Below the pieces are notes generated by a model. The model worked only from the letters and a program-made list of their open reading frames with translations. It was not told the origin of the DNA and ran no database searches. DNA of 64,000 nt from a virus: the IMG/VR virus record IMGVR_UViG_3300028800_000002, positions 96,001-160,000 of that record. One strand, given 5' to 3'. Both the position numbers and the translations under genes were made by a program. This document shows positions 1 to 8,885 of the stretch, piece by piece (the stretch's first letter is position 1; each line of letters begins with the position of its first letter).

Positions 1-1
1 G

Positions 2-700
2 GTAGAGAAAGATGCTACCGGTGTGAATGTCTTCATCGGCGGAAAGAAGCACCACATCGGAAAGGATGTCGGTGGGCAGCCGCTGTGGAAGACTGAGAGT
101 GACGAGGTTCCTGTCGGATGGACTCCTCCGCATGCTGGGATGCGCGTAGATAAGGGTCAGTTGTTGAGCGATCCTCGACGCACGGTTGTCAATCCCCACG
201 ATCTCTACAAGGCTACGGGCAGCATTGAGTCCGTACAGAATTACATGACGGATGCCATGTACCAGCTGTACAAGGACGAGGGGATCAAGCGCGGGCACAT
301 TGAGACTGTAGTCAAGGCCATGAGCAACCTGACCAAGATCAGGGACCCAGGGGATTACGACGGTGTGCTGCGGGGAGAGTTCCAACCCACATCGGTGATT
401 ACTGCGGTCAACCGAGAACTGGCGCGGCATGGCAAGCGTCTCATCGAGCACGAGCCGGAACTCAAAGGGGTAGAGATGATGCCCCTATCCTTGCAAGAGG
501 ATTGGATGGCAAAAATGCAGCATGAGCATTTGAGGACTACCCTGCTCGATGCTGCGAATACAGGCGGTAGGTCGAACCTGCATGGTCTACACCCAATCCC
601 AGGGATGGCCTATGGGGCTGAGTTCGGGTTGACTTCTGCCCACGCTAAGGGGAGATTGTCGCTATCTCATCTTCATGATGTTCCGGAGCATGCGTACTAA
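2..700 (+). CDS. rpoC: Multisubunit RNA polymerase beta-prime subunit, C-terminal part (5' truncated by window edge)
   Basis: Frame open from nt 2. SVQNYMTDAMYQLYKDEGIKRGHIETVVKAM..KIRDPGD..VLRGE..HEPELKGV parallels the bacterial RpoC C-terminus (VQxYLVxEVQxVY..HIEVIVRQM..IxDPGD..PxLxGI); SBHM-like GMRVDKGQLL. Confidence 0.88.
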   Translation, partial: VEKDATGVNVFIGGKKHHIGKDVGGQPLWKTESDEVPVGWTPPHAGMRVDKGQLLSDPRRTVVNPHDLYKATGSIESVQNYMTDAMYQLYKDEGIKRGHIETVVKAMSNLTKIRDPGDYDGVLRGEFQPTSVITAVNRELARHGKRLIEHEPELKGVEMMPLSLQEDWMAKMQHEHLRTTLLDAANTGGRSNLHGLHPIPGMAYGAEFGLTSAHAKGRLSLSHLHDVPEHAY

Positions 701-1971
701 TGCCTAGGCAAGGTCTCAAGGAAGCACGCGGTGCTCGTAAGCAGAACACCGAATTCCGATCCTCCATGACGCAGCCGGAGGGGCTGGGAAAGACGGACAT
801 CTTCCTTGGCCGCGTAGTGAACGTTGATGTGGTGAATTACACCGTCGACGTGTTTAGCCAGTTCGACCAGATGCGCTGTTTTCAGATTGCGGTGGGCTCG
901 CCTTACCTGCACTCGAACCGTGGTGATGGTATGACCTGCATGCCAGAGGTAGGTTCCAAGTGCGCTGTGTGCTGGCCAGGGGACAGCTCGCCTCCATTCG
1001 TGTTTGCATTTGTGATGCCGCACGAGACTATTCCTATGGCGTCTTACCCGGATGCCCCCGATGGCACAACCAGCCATGGCAGTAGCAATCAGGCGGCCAC
1101 CGCGGCGAGCTTCGCTGGCGGCAGGCCAGTGGCCAAACCCGGTGACATGTTCATGCGTGGACGTGATGGGAATTTTGTTGTACTGCACCGCGGAGGGGTG
1201 CTGCAGATTGGTAGCAATGAGCTTTCTCAGCGCATTTACGTGCCACTCAACAACTTGGTGATGGACTTTGCCGAGAATTACGCGATGCACACGGCGGGGG
1301 GTTCCATCAAGTGGGGTATCCAAGAGGGGGAGGGGATTACAACATTACCCACTGAGTACAAGCAAGCACTGCGCGTGTATGCAAACGATAAGTACGCTGA
1401 CATCCGCATCGCTGCTGGAAGGGTGCATGACCCAGTCCCAGAAACGGATTCAGATGCCATAATGGATCAGGAGCTAATAGGTATTGGTAAGGCGGAGCCT
1501 ATTGTCTACGAGATGACTTTGGCCAGAGGGGGGTTCAATGGGGAGGATGGATCCCTATTGCCCAGCACTGGCTCGCTTGTGCAATTGAGGTTCTCCTTCG
1601 ACCGCAGTGGTAACGCTTTTCTCAAGATGGGAGGTAACGTTGGCATTTTATGCCAGAAGCGCTTGCATTTGAGGGTCAAAAAGGAACTAGAGATTTTCGC
1701 AGACAGTACTTTCGACATGACGGTGAAAAAGGATGCCCGCATTACCGTTGGCGGCACATTGGCCATAACAGCCACCGTTCTTAGGATCAATGGCGGGAAG
1801 AGCCCAATGGCCACTGTAGGTAGTGGAGTCACCGTTACACTGCCACCTACGCTGCTGATGGCGATACCAGGCCCCCCTGGTTTTGCTCCCATTAGCGCGG
1901 TACCTACAATGATGATTGCCACAGGTTCGGTCACTAGCGGTGATCCAACTGTGCTTGGGAATGGTGCCTGA
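700..1971 (+). CDS. Baseplate central spike (gp5/gpV-like) with OB-fold N-terminus, beta-helix repeats and PAAR-like C-terminal tip
   Basis: GRVVNVDVVNYTVDV..MPEVGSKCAVCW (gpV/gp5 OB fold); LEIFADSTFDMTVKKDARITVGGTLAITATVLRING beta repeats; PMATVGS..GSVTSGDPTVL; TAATG overlap with rpoC stop. Confidence 0.7.
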   Translation: MPRQGLKEARGARKQNTEFRSSMTQPEGLGKTDIFLGRVVNVDVVNYTVDVFSQFDQMRCFQIAVGSPYLHSNRGDGMTCMPEVGSKCAVCWPGDSSPPFVFAFVMPHETIPMASYPDAPDGTTSHGSSNQAATAASFAGGRPVAKPGDMFMRGRDGNFVVLHRGGVLQIGSNELSQRIYVPLNNLVMDFAENYAMHTAGGSIKWGIQEGEGITTLPTEYKQALRVYANDKYADIRIAAGRVHDPVPETDSDAIMDQELIGIGKAEPIVYEMTLARGGFNGEDGSLLPSTGSLVQLRFSFDRSGNAFLKMGGNVGILCQKRLHLRVKKELEIFADSTFDMTVKKDARITVGGTLAITATVLRINGGKSPMATVGSGVTVTLPPTLLMAIPGPPGFAPISAVPTMMIATGSVTSGDPTVLGNGA

Positions 1972-1973
1972 TC

Positions 1974-2618
1974 GTGCCGCTAAATGATGTCGGAAGTTAC
2001 ACTTTGGGCGAGGTCAACATCGCGCTGTTAGCTGGAGTTGGGCTGTTGAATCCGCTGTTGTTGCAGCTGGACTTGTTCATCACTGGGCAGTTTGGATTAG
2101 GCCCTTTCCTAGCGGATATCCAAGTACAGTTCAACGCTGCCATCGCGCTGCAGCTCCAACTTAGCTTCAGTATATCGAGTCCATTCCTTGCAATTCAGGC
2201 CACCATCACAGCGCTGGCTAACCTCCAGGCATCCTTGGCGTTAGCTCTGGCAATGGGGCTCCCTGTGGTGTCGCTGCAGATAAGCGCGCAGATTGCTGCG
2301 ATGGCTTCCTTGCAGGCCACACTTGCATTCAAGCTTGGGGGCATCAGAGCGCTACTGGCCGCGGGCCTAGCAGTGAAGATACCAGCTCTTCGGTTTGTAG
2401 CTCAAATGAATGCTGCATTGTCGGCGGGCCCCGTGCATGTACTGTCATTCACAGGGGATATGCTGGCTGTGACCGGAGCCGAGATTGCGGCGGCCTTTGC
2501 ATCCGGGCTCGGGCCCAATGATCCAATTTTACCGACAGAACAAGTGAGCGGGGTTATCATCCTGACCAAGGACCCTGCTGTTTTTGCCGCCTTGGGCGGT
2601 ATCATCAAAGTCAATTAG
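1974..2618 (+). CDS. Extremely hydrophobic Leu/Ala/Gln-rich putative virion/membrane protein
   Basis: GTG start 2 nt after spike stop; about 105 residues with only two Asp. Confidence 0.7.
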   Translation: MPLNDVGSYTLGEVNIALLAGVGLLNPLLLQLDLFITGQFGLGPFLADIQVQFNAAIALQLQLSFSISSPFLAIQATITALANLQASLALALAMGLPVVSLQISAQIAAMASLQATLAFKLGGIRALLAAGLAVKIPALRFVAQMNAALSAGPVHVLSFTGDMLAVTGAEIAAAFASGLGPNDPILPTEQVSGVIILTKDPAVFAALGGIIKVN

Positions 2619-2628
2619 GAGCCAGCGC

Positions 2629-4788
2629 ATGACCCAGGCACTCTATCTAGTCCCGCAACTTGAGTTCGAAAAGTCTGCTGCGGAGACCGCACTGCCAGAG
2701 GACCCCAACCAGTGGCCTGACGCGGCGCTTCAAGAGCTATACAAGCAGGTCCCCTACTTGGCCGATTTCGATCTGCACGTGAACATGGAGAGTGTGGATG
2801 GAGAGCGTGGTTACGGTCTTGGCCACGTTGAAGTGACCAACAAGACTGAGGCCCCGATGACTTCTCCTCAGGATCAAATGGTTGCCGCGGGCATTCGTAC
2901 TGCACGTATTCCAGTCATCATCAAAGATAGTAAGTTGGCTCCCTTCGATGTCATATTGACCGACGATGCGCGGGCACTTCCGCTTACTGAGAGTCGACTT
3001 CGCCAGGCGATGTTTCGCCCGCAGAACTTCGATGTGACCAGCAAGACCCCTGGTGACCAGTCCATGATTGGGCAGCTCTACCCACCATACCGGCAGAACT
3101 ATGGCTTCGGTGGTGGTGGCGTAGCCACGAGCGCCGGCATGGGTGGAAAGACAGCTGCGAAGCATGCATCCCTTGAGGAGTGGCTGGAGAGTGAGGCAAC
3201 GGTCAAGACTGCTTCGGCTAAGTCGCGTAATCCTCAGCTACATGGCATGCGCATGGCAGCGTTGGACTCAGCGGTTGCCAAAGGTGCAGAGAAGACAGGA
3301 TCCATTTTGGCAGCGGTATTGCCGATGGCCAATGCCTCCGACTTAGCTGACTTCAAGCTGTGCTTGCTGGATACGAACATAAAGCTTGCGTTTGCCTCCA
3401 ATGTGGCAACGCATGATTCACTCATTCTTCTTTCAGAGGCACAGCCGACTCCGCTCGAGAAGCGTGCAGCAGCCATGCTGGATAACTTGGTTGCTAGTGT
3501 GACGCAGATCGTCAAGCTGCATGAAGGGTATGCAGTCAAGACTGCGAGTCACCGTGCCTGGGACCCGCGCGAGATTATTCTCAACCGTGGGGAGTTGGTG
3601 CACCGGTTCGGGCCTAAGATTGCGCTCGCGGCGGATACCTCGGGTGCGGTAACGATGTCCGAGGGTGAGGGGGTTTCTGAGGAGGGTATGGGTGCTCCGG
3701 TTGGGACTGGCGCTGGACCCATTTCGGCCCCCGGTATGTACCAAGTGCAGTCGGTCGAAGGTGAGATGTTGACCGGCGTGGTGATTCCCAACCTGCTCGA
3801 TGTGGATGGGAGCTCTCTGCCCATTGCATTCTTTACCGATGGCTCGCACGCCGCGGTGCAGTCCGATGTCTCGGGAGTTCCCGTGGGTGAGTTTACGGCC
3901 CCTGGGTCAGTCCCCGCGGGACAGGCGAGTGGGCATGGGGTGTTCTTTACCGAGGCGGGAGGTGTGCCATGTGCCACGTTGCCTTTGACGTTGGGCGCCT
4001 CGGTGCAAGGTGCCGGCGTTGATGAGCAGCCGCATTTTCAAGCTGAGACGTTTGACGGGCGCCCGGTGCAGGTCAGCGTTCAGCCATACGTAGCCACCGT
4101 GGTGGGTGTGGACGGGAACATGATTATCCCTGATGGATGGATGTGGATTCCCCTGGACCAGGCCGCTGAGGTTTCTCTCGCTGAATCCCCGATGGAAGTT
4201 GGGAAGACAGCGTCTGTGCAGCGCAAATTGGCGTCAGTGGAAGTGCGCGCGGGCGGCCTCGATTGCTTCTCGCTGCGCGGGTATCCGGTCGAGAAGTTGG
4301 CCTCTGATGAGCGCGAGTTCCTGACCCAGGATCGTGCCCTATTTGTTCTGGTAGGTCTTGGGGCCAATCCAGTCTATGCTCAACAGAAATTGGCATCGGC
4401 ATGCTCCGGCGCCAGTCACGTGGAGACGGTGCGTATCGGGCATCAGTTGAAGCTTGCCTCGGAACTGCGCGGGGAGAGCTACACCGAGGCGCAGAACTTC
4501 CTGGGTGCGATGCCGGTGTTCCGTCACCGCATGTGGAAAGAAGCGGCTACGCTCACCGATCCTGTTGCCGTGGACACAGTCTTGTCTCTCGGCTTCATCA
4601 ACCCCGAGAACATTGCGACATTCGTCGGCTACTTGCCAACGCTTGATGAAGCGCAGCGCCGCCTGTGCGAGATACTCATTGGGTCCAGGCTTGGGCTCAA
4701 AGAAGTCCCTGATGGTTCGACGGAACGCGCGATTCGCGCGCTTGAGGATGTGATCGAGGGTCTCAAGGTTGTGGCGTTTCAGGGCTAA
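2629..4788 (+). CDS. Large putative head-associated protein of unknown function, rich in K-x-A-S/A motifs
   Basis: AGGAG RBS before ATG 2629; 12 K-x-A-[SA] motifs in about 720 aa. Confidence 0.75.
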   Translation: MTQALYLVPQLEFEKSAAETALPEDPNQWPDAALQELYKQVPYLADFDLHVNMESVDGERGYGLGHVEVTNKTEAPMTSPQDQMVAAGIRTARIPVIIKDSKLAPFDVILTDDARALPLTESRLRQAMFRPQNFDVTSKTPGDQSMIGQLYPPYRQNYGFGGGGVATSAGMGGKTAAKHASLEEWLESEATVKTASAKSRNPQLHGMRMAALDSAVAKGAEKTGSILAAVLPMANASDLADFKLCLLDTNIKLAFASNVATHDSLILLSEAQPTPLEKRAAAMLDNLVASVTQIVKLHEGYAVKTASHRAWDPREIILNRGELVHRFGPKIALAADTSGAVTMSEGEGVSEEGMGAPVGTGAGPISAPGMYQVQSVEGEMLTGVVIPNLLDVDGSSLPIAFFTDGSHAAVQSDVSGVPVGEFTAPGSVPAGQASGHGVFFTEAGGVPCATLPLTLGASVQGAGVDEQPHFQAETFDGRPVQVSVQPYVATVVGVDGNMIIPDGWMWIPLDQAAEVSLAESPMEVGKTASVQRKLASVEVRAGGLDCFSLRGYPVEKLASDEREFLTQDRALFVLVGLGANPVYAQQKLASACSGASHVETVRIGHQLKLASELRGESYTEAQNFLGAMPVFRHRMWKEAATLTDPVAVDTVLSLGFINPENIATFVGYLPTLDEAQRRLCEILIGSRLGLKEVPDGSTERAIRALEDVIEGLKVVAFQG

Positions 4789-4795
4789 CAAGTAG

Positions 4796-4820
4796 CTAAG
4801 AATTGGGCGTCAACGCCCAA
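4796..4820 (-). terminator. Intrinsic terminator between convergent genes
   Basis: TTGGGCG-tcaa-CGCCCAA hairpin 4803-4820, followed by TTCTT on the minus strand. Confidence 0.55.
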
Positions 4821-4833
4821 CCCCTCGGAGGTA

Positions 4834-5253
4834 CTAGAGACACTCAACAGTGACTCTTTGCCTCCGTTTCAATAATTCGCGCTGATGATAGATTTCGTGT
4901 AGAGCTAGACTGACGCTATGTTCCCCCATTATTACAAGCCAACGCAGTTCATCCGGGTTGCATTCAGGATAGAAGTAGAACCCTATAGGGGTGTACTTTA
5001 CGTTAGCTCCGTTTGTAGTTTTGAGATTTCCTCTGTGTTGCGTCGCCGTCATCATCATTGATAGAGCTTTCGCGTCATCACTATCGAGTCGGACAAATAG
5101 GTAAGGCTTGGGTCCTCGTATGAATTTTGCTGTGACGCGTACTACTGATGCCCCAGATTCTAGAGCCTCTTGAAGTATTCTTCCGATGTCGATGAAGGCT
5201 GGGATTACTCGGAAGTTCCAATGTTTGACGGGTACAACTGCTATTTGCGGCAT
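4834..5253 (-). CDS. Hypothetical protein (putative early/middle gene)
   Basis: 139 aa ORF, AGAAGGAG RBS, class-1 promoter 20 nt upstream. Confidence 0.75.
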   Translation of the reverse strand: MPQIAVVPVKHWNFRVIPAFIDIGRILQEALESGASVVRVTAKFIRGPKPYLFVRLDSDDAKALSMMMTATQHRGNLKTTNGANVKYTPIGFYFYPECNPDELRWLVIMGEHSVSLALHEIYHQRELLKRRQRVTVECL

Positions 5254-5273
5254 GTAATGCTCCTTCTAGTTGT

Positions 5274-5301
5274 ATTATCCCCTCGTGCTGCTATCTTTTT
5301 C
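5274..5301 (-). promoter_or_regulatory. Class-1 bipartite promoter
   Basis: Minus strand GAAAAAGATAGCAGCACGAGGGGATAAT matches the shared 28-nt motif. Confidence 0.65.
5289..5297 (+). promoter_or_regulatory. Class-2 extended -10 (leaderless) promoter
   Basis: TG-C-TATCTT, 6 nt, GTG 5304; no RBS. Confidence 0.5.
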
Positions 5302-5303
5302 AT

Positions 5304-6329
5304 GTGATACGACGTACACCGGCGGAGAGATATTACAAGTACTTGGTCATCCATCCCGGGTGCTATGACGACCAGCACATCAAGGACATAGCCTTTGAGC
5401 TCGGCCTCGACTACTTGGGAGACTGGTACATTCAATGGCTACGTGACCGCATGCGGCCTCCATCACCGTTTCATCCTGAGGATGAAACTCATACCAGGTC
5501 GCAGCAGTATTTGCTTCGTGAAGGTTTACTGAAAGTGTTCTTGCCAGATAAGGACATGGATAAAGCCACACGTATTCTGAGTCGCCCGCGGTGGCGTGAA
5601 CTTGTGGAGACGTTGATTCTGTCTAGAGCCCCGCTCCCTGCGATAGTGCATGCGCTGCGGGTGCGGCACAGCGTGGTTGCTACCGAGGCAGCGATCCGCC
5701 TTTACAAGTACTACTACTGGGATATCGACTTGCTCGACAGTACCGAGATGAGGGCCCTACTAGAGATGAGGTACACGGGTGGGCTCTTCACTAGCAGCGC
5801 TACCCCTGGAGCAGACCTTTCTAGGTTGTCGCAAATGCCAGCCCTGGAGAAGAGTCGGTACAACGACCCACGCTATGCTGCAGCCCGCTTGCCCGCATCC
5901 CCTATTTCTGCCGTCATTGCTCAGACCAACCTGGGGGTGATGCCGAAGAAAGTGGACGTTGAGCTTGTAGTTTCCCACACGTTGGCCATGGCTTCGTGTA
6001 GGACATTAGAAGCGGCCTACCTTGGAGGTCCTGGCGGCGCTCAGATCTCTCAGGGTTTCTCCGCTGTCGCTGAGACCATGACGCGCCTGAAGGAAGCAGT
6101 GGTCAATCCGGAGACTAATCTTCGAGAGGATTTGCGTAGAATCACGGTTGCTACAACGACCGTCATTGTTCCTACCTTGCGCGAGCTCACCGGCGGGAAC
6201 CATACTGTCAATATTCAACCTGACGCCAAGCCCGATGCTGATGAGATATTCGAAGAAGATGACGATGCTATAGAAGGTATAGACGCCGCCGAGTTCGAGG
6301 ACAGGGATCCAGCCGATGCAAACAGTTAG
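5304..6329 (+). CDS. Hypothetical protein; candidate terminase small subunit by position
   Basis: 341 aa helical protein with acidic tail, upstream of TerL; function is positional inference only. Confidence 0.6.
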   Translation: MIRRTPAERYYKYLVIHPGCYDDQHIKDIAFELGLDYLGDWYIQWLRDRMRPPSPFHPEDETHTRSQQYLLREGLLKVFLPDKDMDKATRILSRPRWRELVETLILSRAPLPAIVHALRVRHSVVATEAAIRLYKYYYWDIDLLDSTEMRALLEMRYTGGLFTSSATPGADLSRLSQMPALEKSRYNDPRYAAARLPASPISAVIAQTNLGVMPKKVDVELVVSHTLAMASCRTLEAAYLGGPGGAQISQGFSAVAETMTRLKEAVVNPETNLREDLRRITVATTTVIVPTLRELTGGNHTVNIQPDAKPDADEIFEEDDDAIEGIDAAEFEDRDPADANS

Positions 6330-6759
6330 CAAAGAAGATTTGGCCAGCATGCCGTCTGCGACATTGGAAAATGTCAGTAACGCCACGGTGAAGTTCACCC
6401 AGGTGGAGGACTACACGACATTTCTGGCGGAGTACGCCTTCATCGATGGGGACATCGTGGTGCATTTGTTCCCGCCCATCGAGCAGTACGTGAAAACCGA
6501 TAACGGAGCACGGCTACTCGAGGAGCATTTGCTGCGATGGCAGCGTAGCTTCCCGCTCGTGCTGAGCCCTGTTGCAGAGAAGTACTTTGCGGCTACTCGT
6601 CCAGTCCTGATGGCGCAGTATGTCCCAGAAATGACGAGCTGGTACTTCAAGGCTGGGGGGTTTGCCCGGACTCTTTCGCCGAAGGAGCTTGTTCTTGGTT
6701 TTTTTGCCCGTCTGGATGAGGCGGTCGATGCCGCCTACGCCCATCCCATTTCTTCTTAG
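6316..6759 (+). CDS. Hypothetical protein
   Basis: 147 aa, overlaps upstream stop, phage-like codon usage. Confidence 0.7.
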   Translation: MQTVSKEDLASMPSATLENVSNATVKFTQVEDYTTFLAEYAFIDGDIVVHLFPPIEQYVKTDNGARLLEEHLLRWQRSFPLVLSPVAEKYFAATRPVLMAQYVPEMTSWYFKAGGFARTLSPKELVLGFFARLDEAVDAAYAHPISS

Positions 6760-7009
6760 GTTTGGGAGGAGTGTATTCAGCAAGGAACTCGATATAGCCA
6801 CGCTTGTGGCTTAGTCCAGTTACTTTCCAATGTGAGCTTCTGGCATAGCGTTGGATGTAATTGGAGGCTATCTTCCAGATCGCAGGTTGAATTTTCTCGG
6901 CTAACCTCAATGTAATCTTGAAGCCCATGCCTTCAGGGTTTACGGTTGCTTCATCCCCCCAATGACCATCTGCTGCACTTTTGAGAGAGCCCCACAGGTT
7001 TTGTACCAT
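6647..7009 (-). CDS. Hypothetical basic protein
   Basis: Fills the gap 6760-7040; ATG 7009; basic C-terminus overlaps the convergent gene by 113 nt. Confidence 0.5.
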   Translation of the reverse strand: MVQNLWGSLKSAADGHWGDEATVNPEGMGFKITLRLAEKIQPAIWKIASNYIQRYARSSHWKVTGLSHKRGYIEFLAEYTPPKPKKKWDGRRRHRPPHPDGQKNQEQAPSAKESGQTPQP

Positions 7010-7043
7010 CGTTTGAGGGCTCTTGGTGGGTGTCGGGGGGAAC

Positions 7044-8855
7044 ATGGCAGCTATTGAGGTCTATCCTGATGAGTATGGTCCCGATGGTACACCGCTTTCC
7101 GATGAGGAGCTACGTCAAATAGAGCTCGGGGGCTGTTGGGCTCCGGAGGCTGAGCAGTACGTTGACCACTTTGAGGATGAGTTTGATCCCCATGTAGCAA
7201 ACGATGCGCCACCTATGATTCTGCCCTCGGCATTTACGGAATACGCCTTCCGGATGCCGACCCCTGATGGGTTCGAGAACTTCTCGTTTGAAGGTCGGCG
7301 GCATCTTCGGCAGGTGTACGACACTCCGATTCGGCGCATCCTCTTGATGTGTGGCCGCCAGGTGGAGAAGTCCACACTGCTTGGCAACCGGTCATTGAGC
7401 TACTGCTGCCTCATCCCGTCTTACAAGGTGCTTTACGTGAGCCCGTCTGCCACGCAGACCAAGACGTTTTCCAACGACCGTATCAAGGAGCCCATCGAGA
7501 CTAGCCCAGTGTTGCGCGCATTCACGACGCACATGCTGTCTCAGAACATCTTTGAGAAGCAGTTCATCAATCGCTCGAAGATTACATTGCGCAATGCCTT
7601 CTTGAATGCTGACCGTGCCCGCGGCGTCCCCGCGCACATGTTGGACATCGACGAGATTCAGAACATTCTCGCCGACAACATTCCCGTCATTGAGCAGTGC
7701 CTCTCACATTCACCGGAGAACATGAAGCGTTATGTTTACTCCGGAACGCCACTGACGCTGGACAACGTCATTGAGGACTACTGGTCTAATCGTTCCACGC
7801 AGAACCAGTGGGTTGTGCCATGTGATTGCCTAGTGGGGGAGGCGGGTCGTTACTGGAACATCCTTGGTGAGAAGAACATCGGGCTGCACAATCTGATCTG
7901 TGAGCGTTGCGGCAAGCAGATATTCCCAATGTGCACTGATGCCCAGTGGGCATGCTCGGTTGACTACGACCCAGTCCACACACCGTTCGAAGGATTTCGT
8001 ATCCCTCAGTTGATGGTGCCATGGCTCGATTGGGATGAGCTTCTTTACAACTTTGAGCATTACGGTCGAAACAAGTTCTACAACGAAGTACTCGGTATCT
8101 CGTACGACACGGGGCTTCGCCCGTTGACCAGCGCGCAGATTAGAGCCTGCTGCAACGAGAATGTCTTCATGGCAGACGCCCCCAAGTACCAGGGCTTGGG
8201 CTTTGGTCAGGAGATCTTTGCCGGCATCGACTGGGGCACAGGAGAGCATAGCTACACGGTGCTCACGTTGGGGACGTACATCGGAAACAAGTTTAGGATT
8301 TTCTACATCCACAGGTTTGTTGGCGAGGACACAGAGCCTGAGCGCCAGCTGCAGAAGATCGAAGAGGTCTGCCGAGCGTACAACGTGCGCGTTATCGGAG
8401 CCGACTACGGAGGTGGACATTACCCCAATGACTTCCTGGTTCGGCGCTTCGGTAGAGAGCGCGTGATGCGGTATCAGTACGCTGCCCGTTTATCCGCCAA
8501 GGTTAGGTGGGAGCCAAAGCTACAGCGCTGGATTGCGCACCGCACTGAGGTCATGAGTGCGATCTTCAACTCAATCAAGCGTGCCACCGTATTTGAGTTT
8601 CCCCGTTGGAAGGAATTCAAATCCCCCTATGGTCAGGACTGCTTGAACATCTTCAGCGAATACAACGAGAAGATTCGTATGATTCAGTACGGGCACACCG
8701 CCGGCAAGACCGATGACGCCTTCCACTCGATCTTGTATTGCTTCCTTGCCTCTATGGTGACGAAGCCGCGTCCCGATGTAATTGCCCCAGGTAAGGAAGC
8801 TGACGCGATAGGCTCTGTGTGGTCTTCTTACAGCGGCCCAACAAATCAAGGTTGA
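7044..8855 (+). CDS. terL: Terminase large subunit
   Basis: Walker A-like MCGRQVEKST, Walker B LDIDEIQ, coupling SGTP, RNase H nuclease AGIDWG..GADYGG..DDAFHS, CxC/CxxC insertion. Confidence 0.92.
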   Translation: MAAIEVYPDEYGPDGTPLSDEELRQIELGGCWAPEAEQYVDHFEDEFDPHVANDAPPMILPSAFTEYAFRMPTPDGFENFSFEGRRHLRQVYDTPIRRILLMCGRQVEKSTLLGNRSLSYCCLIPSYKVLYVSPSATQTKTFSNDRIKEPIETSPVLRAFTTHMLSQNIFEKQFINRSKITLRNAFLNADRARGVPAHMLDIDEIQNILADNIPVIEQCLSHSPENMKRYVYSGTPLTLDNVIEDYWSNRSTQNQWVVPCDCLVGEAGRYWNILGEKNIGLHNLICERCGKQIFPMCTDAQWACSVDYDPVHTPFEGFRIPQLMVPWLDWDELLYNFEHYGRNKFYNEVLGISYDTGLRPLTSAQIRACCNENVFMADAPKYQGLGFGQEIFAGIDWGTGEHSYTVLTLGTYIGNKFRIFYIHRFVGEDTEPERQLQKIEEVCRAYNVRVIGADYGGGHYPNDFLVRRFGRERVMRYQYAARLSAKVRWEPKLQRWIAHRTEVMSAIFNSIKRATVFEFPRWKEFKSPYGQDCLNIFSEYNEKIRMIQYGHTAGKTDDAFHSILYCFLASMVTKPRPDVIAPGKEADAIGSVWSSYSGPTNQG

Positions 8856-8885
8856 CCTGATCCTTGACACCCAAATAATACATGT

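Noticed and set aside
697-1323. Long antisense or alternate-frame ORFs in the track (e.g. 697-1323 -, 13477-14286 -, 17223-18101 -, 42419-43132 -, 54367-55068 -, 59368-60006 +, 62569-63213 -)
   Set aside because: They shadow well-supported genes, lack an RBS or promoter and have non-protein-like composition; such ORFs are expected in GC-rich coding DNA
2629-4788. Possible portal protein, by size and proximity to terL
   Set aside because: No portal-like helical signature recognised, and it is dense in putative processing motifs; the portal is probably outside the window
8864-8880. Perfect TTGACA followed by AT-rich sequence
   Set aside because: No -10 at 16-18 nt, and it sits between convergent genes
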